Source of the DNA: Myxococcota bacterium
GTDB taxonomy: Bacteria > Myxococcota > XYA12-FULL-58-9 > JALHOP01
NCBI GenBank assembly: GCA_041288095.1
Contig: JBGGMJ010000001.1
Span: forward strand, 1-52,046
Reading direction: 5' to 3'
DNA length: 52,046 nt
The notes beneath the pieces were generated by a model, which worked only from the letters and a program-made list of their open reading frames with translations, was not told the DNA's origin and did no database searches. Position numbers and translations under genes: made by a program. Positions 18,519-26,598 of this stretch are shown here, piece by piece; the first letter of the stretch is position 1; each line of letters opens with the position of its first letter.

Positions 18519-19403
18519 TCAGATCCGGGTGATGGTCGTCGTGATCTGGGTCTGACGCTCCGCGTGCTCGTTCAAGATCTTCAACGCGAGCTTCATGCCT
18601 TCTTTGGCTTCGTCGTAGTTCTGCTTGGCGTTCTCGATGCCCTGCTCGAAGACCTCTTGCATCATCTGGTGACGCATACCCTTCACCTTGAGCTGGTCGG
18701 CTTCGCGCTGTGGGCCGGCGGTCTTGTTGAGGTACTGGCCGGTGGCGCTCACCAACGAGTTCGCCGCCTGGCTCATGGCGACGCCCATGTTCGGGTTGCC
18801 GGCGGCTTCGCCGTACTTGTAGCCAGCGTACGATGCGGCCGCGGCGCCGATGCTCATGGTCAGATTGAAGCCGGCGGAACGGCGCTCGGCGCTGTTCTGA
18901 TCCTCGACCGTGCTCATCTCGGCCCGCTTCGAATCGACCTTGCCCTGCTGCTGCGCATTGCGCAGGCGCTTCGCCAGATCCATGTCGGTCTGCGAGGTGC
19001 GCGCCATCTCGGTCATGGCTTCCCACATCAACGCGGCATCACCGTCGTAAGTGCGCTCGAGAAAGTCGCCGAGCGCGGATCGCTCGGAGCGCCCGAGAAC
19101 ATGCACACCCGCCGAGGGCAGCGGCGGGGCGTTATCGAGGATGGCGCGAAGCTCGGGGTCTTCCGTTCGCGTGCCGATGCGTTCGGTGGCGTCGACGGTC
19201 GCCGTGGGCCGTATGCCGACGCTCGCGGTACCGGATGTGCCGAGACCGCGCACCGCACCACTGCCGGTCGTCACGCGCACTGGAGTGCCGCTCGTCGCCT
19301 CAGGGTCCTGGGCAGCCGGGTCCAAGGTGCCGGCACGCCGCGCGGGGGCTTGTGGGTCAACGGAGGTGTTCCGGAGTCCCCGGTCTCGAATATCGACGGA
19401 CAT
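18519..19403 (-). CDS. Hypothetical protein with type III translocator (SctB/YopD-like) architecture
   Basis: Low-complexity S/T/P/G N-terminus without a signal peptide, a Q/R/K-rich helical block, a small-residue hydrophobic segment (FNLTMSIGAAAASYAG) and an amphipathic C-terminal helix (MKLALKILNEHAERQTQITTTITRI). The gene looks real; the family call is inference. Confidence 0.55.
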   Translation of the reverse strand: MSVDIRDRGLRNTSVDPQAPARRAGTLDPAAQDPEATSGTPVRVTTGSGAVRGLGTSGTASVGIRPTATVDATERIGTRTEDPELRAILDNAPPLPSAGVHVLGRSERSALGDFLERTYDGDAALMWEAMTEMARTSQTDMDLAKRLRNAQQQGKVDSKRAEMSTVEDQNSAERRSAGFNLTMSIGAAAASYAGYKYGEAAGNPNMGVAMSQAANSLVSATGQYLNKTAGPQREADQLKVKGMRHQMMQEVFEQGIENAKQNYDEAKEGMKLALKILNEHAERQTQITTTITRI

Positions 19404-19503
19404 GCTCCACTTATCCACTTCGGCGGCGGATAGGTGATTATGTCACGCTGCCAGGACGTCATCACTAGGAATCGACTGCGCAATCGCGGCGCTACGGTTC
19501 GAC

Positions 19504-19528
19504 ACAACAGGCCCTGCGACCTGCCGAT
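19504..19528 (+). promoter_or_regulatory. Candidate promoter ACAAC-N14-GCCGAT
   Basis: ACAAC aggccctgcgacct GCCGAT, intergenic and oriented toward the CDS at 19637. Confidence 0.45.
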
Positions 19529-19636
19529 GATGGGAGCACGGTCGTATCGGCCATCAGCCCCAGCTGCGTCTTTCGAGCAGTTATTCGGGCTGGGACGGGG
19601 CATCGGGCAATGCGTAACACGGCGAGCGAGAGCGGC

Positions 19637-19957
19637 ATGTGCGAGCTTTGTTGCAAGCTCATCAACTCGGAAGACGATGTTGTGGGCGTGGATCTGGTCG
19701 CGGAGCAAATGGCATCGACGGGGACCTCGAAGGCTCACCGTCACTGCGCCTCGCTCTCGGTCAGTCTTGGCTCGTTGGCCGAGGCCCGGCAGCTCCTGGC
19801 GCCGCGCACCAGCCGTCAGTTGCTCTCACCCGAGCAGCAGCCCGCACGCCGCGAAGCGCGCACCATCACCATTCGGCCGGCCCGGGTGGTCATCAACACG
19901 ATGCACACCGGCGCTCTGTTCACGCCCGGTCAGCGTACCGCCACCCGCCCGGCGTAA
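19637..19957 (+). CDS. Small hypothetical protein with CxxC...HxxC (possible Zn site)
   Basis: MCELCC...KAHRHC; GAGAG upstream of the ATG; third codon positions are mostly G/C. Confidence 0.55.
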   Translation: MCELCCKLINSEDDVVGVDLVAEQMASTGTSKAHRHCASLSVSLGSLAEARQLLAPRTSRQLLSPEQQPARREARTITIRPARVVINTMHTGALFTPGQRTATRPA

Positions 19958-20045
19958 CTTGCCTCCTTGGAAATAGCGCGGCCCGCGAACGGGTTCCGGT
20001 TGGCATGGCATGGCCAGCCGCCTCACTCGTGCTACAAGCGGCGCC

Positions 20046-21221
20046 ATGACGCCCAGACACCGACGCGCGGCCATCGCGCTTCTCGTGCTGGCGGCCTTGG
20101 GCTGCCTGGACACGGTGTACCTGCTCCTCGAGCACATGCAGGTCCGCACCACGGGGGCTGGCTCCGGCGCCTGTGACGTCAGCGCCCGCTTCAACTGCGC
20201 GGCAGCCGCGCTCTCGAGCTACGCCGAGCTGTACGGGGTCCCCATCGCCGGGCTGGGCCTCGCGTATTACATCGGCTTTGCCGTGCTCGTGCTCATGGCC
20301 ATGCGCTCCGAGGCCCGCCGGCCGGTCATCGTACCGGCCCTCGTGGCCCTGACCGCGCTCGCGACCGCGTATTCGGTCTTCCTCCTAGTGGTGTCGCTCA
20401 CCCGCTTGTCGGCGCTCTGTCCGGCCTGCTGCATCACCTACGCGGTCAACCTCGCGACTTTCGCCGGGGCATTGTTTTGGGCGACGCCGCACCTCGGGGC
20501 GAGCTTGCGCACCTTCGACCGTCGCGCGGGCGAAGCAGCGGCCCCGTTCGCGACCTTCGCGCTCATTCTCGTCGCCGTCACCGCGGGCGCGACCGTCTGG
20601 TCACATCGCCCCATCACCGCCCCCAACCCAGTCGCCGCCCCGGCGCCACCCAAGGCACCTGCGCTATCGACCGCGGAAGTGAACGCCATAGCGCACGCCG
20701 CTTACGCACCCTCGATGGGCCCGGCCTCGGCCAACGTGGTCCTGACGGTCTTTTCGGACTTCGAGTGCCCGCACTGCGCGAGGTTCGCGGCCACCCTGCG
20801 CCGCCTGCATCGCAACTACGGTGACGCCCTACGCATCGAGTACCGCAATTACCCTTTGTCGATGCACAAGAACGCCGAGCTCGCGGCGCGTCTGGGCGTC
20901 TGCGCCGAGCAACAAGGTAAGTTCTGGGGCTTCCACGATCTCGTGTTCGAAAAGCACGACCAGCTCAACCTCGAGGCCCTGGCCGAGATCGCCGATGACG
21001 CCGGTGTCGATGCGCGCGCCGCCATGGCCTGCGCGGATCGGTCCGACGTCAAGCAGATCATCGCCGCGGACATCGCCGCCGGAGAGAAGCTCGGCATCGA
21101 AGGCACGCCGGCGTTCGTCCTGAACGGCGAGCTTACCGTTGGCGCGGTCATCTACGACGAGCTCGAGCGGCGCATCGGCAAGCTGTTGCAGAGCAACGAG
21201 CGCGCCCAGCTCGCTCCTTGA
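20046..21221 (+). CDS. VKOR - DsbA/thioredoxin fusion protein
   Basis: VKOR loop CDVSARFNC, SSYAELYGVP and TM CPAC; thioredoxin-fold FSDFECPHC and GTP cis-Pro motif. Confidence 0.92.
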   Translation: MTPRHRRAAIALLVLAALGCLDTVYLLLEHMQVRTTGAGSGACDVSARFNCAAAALSSYAELYGVPIAGLGLAYYIGFAVLVLMAMRSEARRPVIVPALVALTALATAYSVFLLVVSLTRLSALCPACCITYAVNLATFAGALFWATPHLGASLRTFDRRAGEAAAPFATFALILVAVTAGATVWSHRPITAPNPVAAPAPPKAPALSTAEVNAIAHAAYAPSMGPASANVVLTVFSDFECPHCARFAATLRRLHRNYGDALRIEYRNYPLSMHKNAELAARLGVCAEQQGKFWGFHDLVFEKHDQLNLEALAEIADDAGVDARAAMACADRSDVKQIIAADIAAGEKLGIEGTPAFVLNGELTVGAVIYDELERRIGKLLQSNERAQLAP

Positions 21222-21231
21222 GCTACGCGAC

Positions 21232-21654
21232 TCAGTCGAGGGCGGCGTCGAGGAAGTGCGCCCGATCCTCGCGTGATGGCGCCGGGCAGGCCTCGTGTTT
21301 GCCGAAGATGCGATAGCGGAAACGCGCGACGAGGTCGTAGACGACGTCCGCGATGAAGGACGGAACCAGGCGTAACAGCAGCACCAAGGGCCAGGCTTTC
21401 CCGAGTCTCGCGAAAACACTGAGCGCCGCGCGGCTCTTTGCCTCGAGCCGTTCGTGGGGCGTGCCGTAGCCGATGACGAGATAAAACGTATCGAGGCGAT
21501 CGGGGTCGCGCCCATAGGTGTTCAAGATGCGCCGCGCCACGTTGCTCTGGAGCGTCGCGAAGCGAAAGGCGCGGCGTTGGTCGCGCCGCAGGATGAAGCG
21601 CACCAAGCGGTCACACAGGCCGCAGACGCCGTCGTAGAGGATCACCGCGGGCAT
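21232..21654 (-). CDS. DCC family thiol-disulfide oxidoreductase (DUF393)
   Basis: YDGVCGLC (DxxCxxC), FATLQS and YDLVARFRYRIFG motifs. Confidence 0.92.
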   Translation of the reverse strand: MPAVILYDGVCGLCDRLVRFILRRDQRRAFRFATLQSNVARRILNTYGRDPDRLDTFYLVIGYGTPHERLEAKSRAALSVFARLGKAWPLVLLLRLVPSFIADVVYDLVARFRYRIFGKHEACPAPSREDRAHFLDAALD

Positions 21655-21680
21655 GCGCCCAGTGTGACGCTACGCGCGCC

Positions 21681-22646
21681 TCATGTCGATCCGCGCCGGC
21701 GGCTGAAATCGAAGATCTTGAAGAGGCCGTGACGGATCTCCACCGGCTCGGCGGGGTAGACGGTGTCCACGAAAACGTTGATGGCCTTCGGGAAGGAGTC
21801 CTTGAGGACCACACAGTTCGCGGGCGCGTTGTCGAAAGTCGCGACGACCGGACCCCAGGCCAACAAGGTGGAGCGCACGCTCTTCTTGAACGCGGCATCG
21901 TCGTCGTCTTTGTGCGGCTTCAGGAAGACCTTCACGCGCGACGAGAGGCGCGGCAGACCACTCTTGTTGATCGCGGCGCGTGTGCCCTTCCCCATCCGTG
22001 CTTCGTCACGGCCGGTCAGGTAGGCGATGCTCGCGCCGAGGTCGTGGAGCTTCTTCACGTATTCGAGGGCGCCGTACTGCAAGGGGTCGTCCTGGCAATA
22101 TTCGTTCGAGAAGAAGCGCTCGTTCCAATACTTGTCGAAGTCGGCGAGCGCCTTCTTCACCCGCGGGGCCCCGAGGTCGAGACCCGCGACCTTCGAGAAG
22201 GTGTCCTTGTTGGTGTAGGCGAGCTCCTCTGCGCGGACCGTCTCGAGGCTCCGGCGGATCTCCCAGTGCAGCGACGGGCGGTCGTCGAGCCACTCGCGCA
22301 AGATCCGCATGGTACGGACCTGATTGCTCTTGAACACGGTGTCGTCGAGGTCGAACACCACGACCGGCCGCTCGATGCTGGTGTCGCTGCCACGGTGCTT
22401 GTAGCGGTCCATCGCGCGCTCGACCGCCGCGATGACCATGTCGAGCGTCTGGTACTGGTTCGCCGCCTGAAAGCGGCACACCTGGACCCAGGTGGCGGCG
22501 GGAACCCGCGGTTGCTCGCGGGGACGCCAGTCGATGCCGATGCGATCGAAGCCCCCGCGCTGCATCGAGCGATGAGCTTGGCTGGCCACCGCCATGACCA
22601 GCGAAGGATGCGAAAACGCGCGCGCACTTGGGGAAGCGACCCGCAT
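21681..22646 (-). CDS. HAD-superfamily acid phosphatase-like protein with N-terminal extension
   Basis: VVFDLDDT (motif I), YLTGR (II), FKK (III) and FDN (IV); about 90 aa of extra N-terminus with no hydrophobic signal. Confidence 0.82.
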   Translation of the reverse strand: MRVASPSARAFSHPSLVMAVASQAHRSMQRGGFDRIGIDWRPREQPRVPAATWVQVCRFQAANQYQTLDMVIAAVERAMDRYKHRGSDTSIERPVVVFDLDDTVFKSNQVRTMRILREWLDDRPSLHWEIRRSLETVRAEELAYTNKDTFSKVAGLDLGAPRVKKALADFDKYWNERFFSNEYCQDDPLQYGALEYVKKLHDLGASIAYLTGRDEARMGKGTRAAINKSGLPRLSSRVKVFLKPHKDDDDAAFKKSVRSTLLAWGPVVATFDNAPANCVVLKDSFPKAINVFVDTVYPAEPVEIRHGLFKIFDFSRRRGST

Positions 22647-22655
22647 GAATAGGTT

Positions 22656-22681
22656 ATCGCGCCCGTTTTTACGGATGTTTC
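22656..22681 (-). promoter_or_regulatory. Candidate promoter GAAAC-N15-CGCGAT(AA), a variant of the shared motif
   Basis: Minus strand reads GAAAC atccgtaaaaacggg CGCGATAA; ATG at 22646 is 9 nt after CGCGAT. Confidence 0.45.
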
Positions 22682-22752
22682 AGTATTGTCACTGAGCCAT
22701 GCTGGCACTCCGGAAGTGGGGCCGGAGCCATGTGTGTGCTAAACCCCCGAAG

Positions 22753-23649
22753 ATGCGCCCGTTGTTGCTGGCAATCGCTGCGTACGCGACGTTCCTGGGC
22801 GAGTCCGCCTTGGCGGCGCCCGCTGCGCAACAGGCAACCGACCAGGACGGGCAGCGACTGCTGGCGGAGCTACGCACGCTCGCGGCGGACCTCGAGTACG
22901 ACCGCGTCGTGGCCGTCGGCCGGCGGGTCTTGCTGCGTGGCGACCTCAGCGAAGACCAGCGCATCGAGGCACTGGTGCTCCTCGGCTCCGCCTTGGTCAT
23001 CATCGCCGACCCGAGCGCGCCGGACGTGCTCGACGAAATCCTCCGCTTGCGCCCGTCGTACGAGCTCCCCGCCGGTACCGAGCGCAAGGTGACGGTCGCT
23101 TTCGCGGACGCCAAGGCCCGTCAGCGCCGCGCCGAGGAAGCCCAACGCATCGCCGCGGTGCGCGCCATGGTCATCGAATCACCCGACATCGCCAAGGCCG
23201 CCGCCGGCGAGCCCTTGGTCTTCGAGTTCGCCATCCGCGACCCGAACCGCGTGGTGAACAGCGCCGCGCTCAAGTACCGCCTGGCGACGAGCCCCGACTT
23301 TCTCGCGCTCACCCTGCGCCCACCGAACGACGGCAGCGACCGCTGGAGCGGACAAATTCCCGGCACCGTCACCGCCGGCAAGGGAGGTGTCGACCTCCAG
23401 TGGTTCCTCACCACGAGCGACGCCGCCGGCCAGCCGCTGATTGGTGTCGCCGACGCCGCCGCGCCGCGCCTCGTGCACATCGACAAGGCCCCGGCCCCGG
23501 CCGGCGACCCGTTCTACAAGAAGTGGTGGTTCTGGACCGCCGTTGGCGTCGGCGCGGCCGCGGCGACGACGGCCGTCATCCTCGCAACCAACTCCGGCGA
23601 CGACGGCAACGTGCCGCAGGGAGACCTGCCGACCGTGGAGCTTCGGTGA
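22753..23649 (+). CDS. Exported TPR-like / Ig-like protein with C-terminal membrane anchor
   Basis: Signal peptide (..ESALA/AP), helical N-domain, beta-rich domain, then PFYKKWWFWTAVGVGAAAA TM segment typical of myxobacterial proteins. Confidence 0.75.
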   Translation: MRPLLLAIAAYATFLGESALAAPAAQQATDQDGQRLLAELRTLAADLEYDRVVAVGRRVLLRGDLSEDQRIEALVLLGSALVIIADPSAPDVLDEILRLRPSYELPAGTERKVTVAFADAKARQRRAEEAQRIAAVRAMVIESPDIAKAAAGEPLVFEFAIRDPNRVVNSAALKYRLATSPDFLALTLRPPNDGSDRWSGQIPGTVTAGKGGVDLQWFLTTSDAAGQPLIGVADAAAPRLVHIDKAPAPAGDPFYKKWWFWTAVGVGAAAATTAVILATNSGDDGNVPQGDLPTVELR

Positions 23650-25406
23650 CCACCACCGGTGAAGTCACCACCTCCCTAGTCTTCGATCGCTACCGCCCCA
23701 TCCGCAGACTCGCGGTCGGCGGCATGGGCGAGATCTTCTTGGCGCGCCAAGTCGTCGGCCTCGACCGCCTGGTGATCTTGAAGAGCTTGCTGCCGCATCT
23801 CGCGCAAGACACGGACGCCGTGCAGCAGTTCATCAACGAGGCGCGCGTCGCGGCGACCCTCAATCATCCGAACATCGTCTCGATCTACGACGTCGGCTCG
23901 TGGCACGACGTGCACTTCATCGTCATGGAGTACATCGCTGGCGAGCATCTGGGCCAGGTGATGTCCGCTTTGGCGCGCGACGGCAAAGCGGCTCCACCCC
24001 AGGTCGTCATGCAGATCATTCGCGACGCCCTGGCGGCGCTCGACTTCGCGCACCACGCCAAGAACGCCGATGGCCAGCTGATGACCGTCATTCACCGCGA
24101 CGTCAGCCCGCAGAACGTCATGATCCGCGAAGACGGAGTGGTGAAGGTCGTGGACTTCGGCATCGCGCGTGCCGATAGCCTCGCGGTGCGCACTCGCACC
24201 GGCATGGTGAAAGGGAAGCTCCCCTACATGGCGCCCGAGCTCTTGCACGGCCAGCCGGCGACGACACGCTCGGATCAGTACTCCGTCGGCGTCCTCGCCT
24301 GGGAGATGCTAACCGGCGGCCGTCTCTTCCAGGGTGTGAACGACGCGGCTATCGCCAGCGCCATCGTCGCTGGCAACGTACCGATGCCGTCGTCGGTAAG
24401 GCCCGAGCTCCCGCCCGAAGTCGACGAGTGGGTGTTGACCATGCTCGCTGCTCAGCCCGAGAAACGCTACGAGCGTTGCTCGGCCGCCGCGCGCGTCGCG
24501 ACCACGATTGCCGCGAGCCTCTCCGATCCTTCGGACGAGAACAGCGTCGCGCGTTACATCGGCGACCTCATCGGGGGGAGCGTCGCCGAGCGCGTCCGCA
24601 ACCTGACTCCGACCGACCATGATCTGTTGCAGCAGCAGGTCACGCGCACGACCTCGCAGGTACCGGTGCCGACCACCAAGAAGGTGCCGGTCCACGGACA
24701 CGACAAGCGCGCGGTGCGCTGGGCGACGGTAGCGCTCATCGTGTCCGTTTTAGCGTTGGTGGCGATGAGCATCGTCAACAAAAAGAAAGACGCGCCCGTG
24801 GCCACGAGCACCGCGCGTCTCACCCTCGAGAGCGAGCCTGCTGGAGCGACCGTGACCCTCGGTGAGACATATCTCGGCGCGACACCCCTCACGCTCGCGG
24901 CGTTCCCCGCGGGCCAGACCCAGACGTTGCGAGTCACCCTGCGCGATCATCAGTCACTCCTCGTCGAGGTCGGCATGAACGCGGGCGAGCAGCGCACCAT
25001 CCACCTCGACCTCACGCCCCTCGCCAAGGTCGCGGCTGGGGCGCGAGAGATTCCGCAGACCATCACCTCGCCGCCCAAACCGCAGGCGAAGCCCCGCGAG
25101 ACCTCGAAGAGTCGCCCCACGAAGCCCGCTCAGATACCCCAGAAGCCGGCACCGACACCGGCGCCAGCACCCGCGCCGACCGCTACAGCGGCCGAAGACG
25201 CGCTGGTCACCATTCGCACCAAGCCGTGGACCAAGGTGACGATCGACGGGCGCAATCGCGGAGAGACACCCCTCAGCAAGATCGCGCTGACGCCCGGACC
25301 GCACACCATCGTCTTCGATAATCCCGAGGAGAAGATTCACAAGACGCACAAGGTCGTGCTGAAGAGCGGCGAAAATCAGAAGGTCGACCTCGACTTCACG
25401 CATTGA
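23646..25406 (+). CDS. Membrane Ser/Thr protein kinase with PEGA domains
   Basis: GTG start overlapping the upstream stop; LAVGGMGEIF, HPNIV, HRDVSPQN, DFGIA and YMAPE motifs; TM helix; PEGA-like ESEPAGATV..GATP and TKPWTKV..GETP. Confidence 0.94.
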   Translation: MTTTGEVTTSLVFDRYRPIRRLAVGGMGEIFLARQVVGLDRLVILKSLLPHLAQDTDAVQQFINEARVAATLNHPNIVSIYDVGSWHDVHFIVMEYIAGEHLGQVMSALARDGKAAPPQVVMQIIRDALAALDFAHHAKNADGQLMTVIHRDVSPQNVMIREDGVVKVVDFGIARADSLAVRTRTGMVKGKLPYMAPELLHGQPATTRSDQYSVGVLAWEMLTGGRLFQGVNDAAIASAIVAGNVPMPSSVRPELPPEVDEWVLTMLAAQPEKRYERCSAAARVATTIAASLSDPSDENSVARYIGDLIGGSVAERVRNLTPTDHDLLQQQVTRTTSQVPVPTTKKVPVHGHDKRAVRWATVALIVSVLALVAMSIVNKKKDAPVATSTARLTLESEPAGATVTLGETYLGATPLTLAAFPAGQTQTLRVTLRDHQSLLVEVGMNAGEQRTIHLDLTPLAKVAAGAREIPQTITSPPKPQAKPRETSKSRPTKPAQIPQKPAPTPAPAPAPTATAAEDALVTIRTKPWTKVTIDGRNRGETPLSKIALTPGPHTIVFDNPEEKIHKTHKVVLKSGENQKVDLDFTH

Positions 25407-25432
25407 CCATGGGGCGTGTTAACCTCCTCGCC

Positions 25433-26593
25433 ATGACCCGCCGCATAGCTCCCCTCCTTCTGCTGTGCGTCTTGGTCTGGGACTGTGGCGAGCGGGAAAG
25501 CACGACACCGCCACACGTCACGCTGCGGATCGAAGACCCACGGCAAATCGCCGCGGAGCTCGGCCAGCAGGTCACGCAGCTCGTCCTTACCGACGCGTCG
25601 GGCAACAGCACCGAGCTCGATCCTTCTACCTTTCCCGTGCGGGTGACGTTGACCTCGAAACGCGCGGGACCGCAGCTCGTGACCGTCGATGCGTTTGGGC
25701 CTCCAACTGACAGTGTCGAGCCGCCGACGATCGCCGTGCGCGGGCAAGTCACCATCGACATCGACGCCGACAACGGCAAGGAGGTGCCGCTGACGCTCGG
25801 CCTCGTCTGCGGCGGGGGCACGGACGCTTGCCCGCCCCTGGCGCCGTCCTACGCGCCATGCACGAGCGACGCTGCGTGCGATGACGGTGTCTTCTGTAAC
25901 GGTCAGGGCCGCTGCATCGACGGTGAGTGCCACGTCGAAGCCGTCACCTGCGCGTACACCGCCGACGGCTGCCAGGTGTCGATCTGCATCGAATCGCAGG
26001 AAACCTGCTACACGGTGCCCAGCGGTTTGGAAGGCTGCGACAGCCAAGCGTGCTTGCCGGATGGCGAGATCCAACCCGACGGAACACCTTGCGACGACGC
26101 CTCCTGCTATGCCGGCGTCTGCGGCGGATCGCCGCTACCTTGCCGCGGCGACCTGGTCGACTTCGCCGACATCCCGGACGGCACGACACTCGGGGGCCCC
26201 GGCAACGAGCTCACCTTCTTGGGGCTCAGGTTCCCCGAGAGCGATCCTTCGGGCTACGGCGTCACTTGGCAAGTCGTCGGTAGCGCGCGCGAGCTGGTGC
26301 CCGACGCCGACGCCAACGGCATCTTTACGTTCTCCGTCGACGAGCCCCGACAATTGGCTTCGCTGCGGATCCGCACCGGCCATGGCGGGCGCTGCGCGGT
26401 GAGCTTCTCCCCGAGCCTCGAGCAGCCGGTCCAATACGTGCGCGAAACCGAATACGCGACTTTGACGTTCCGCGACGGCTCCTTCGTCTCCAATGAGGAG
26501 CAGCGCGTGCGCATGACGGTCGCATGCGAGGCCCAGACTCCGCGGACGTTGCGGATCGAAGACATCTGCCTCGTGAATCGCGGCCCGCGGTAG
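25433..26593 (+). CDS. Cys-rich exported protein / probable lipoprotein
   Basis: MTRRIAPLLLLCVLVWDC leader; CDDGVFCNG..C..G.C and PDGTPCDD..C..GVC modules. Confidence 0.75.
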   Translation: MTRRIAPLLLLCVLVWDCGERESTTPPHVTLRIEDPRQIAAELGQQVTQLVLTDASGNSTELDPSTFPVRVTLTSKRAGPQLVTVDAFGPPTDSVEPPTIAVRGQVTIDIDADNGKEVPLTLGLVCGGGTDACPPLAPSYAPCTSDAACDDGVFCNGQGRCIDGECHVEAVTCAYTADGCQVSICIESQETCYTVPSGLEGCDSQACLPDGEIQPDGTPCDDASCYAGVCGGSPLPCRGDLVDFADIPDGTTLGGPGNELTFLGLRFPESDPSGYGVTWQVVGSARELVPDADANGIFTFSVDEPRQLASLRIRTGHGGRCAVSFSPSLEQPVQYVRETEYATLTFRDGSFVSNEEQRVRMTVACEAQTPRTLRIEDICLVNRGPR

Positions 26594-26598
26594 TCCGC

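Noticed and set aside
19434-19446. GTGA-N5-TCAC inverted repeat as a CRP/FNR site
   Set aside because: The spacer is 5 nt rather than 6 and the outer bases do not match; kept only as an unassigned possible operator.
23400-23645. ORF-track N-terminal extension of the PEGA kinase, and similar extensions for the S8 gene, metG, carbamoyltransferase and DUF4397 gene
   Set aside because: They overlap upstream genes or promoters and look non-protein-like; starts were moved to coupled or better-supported codons.
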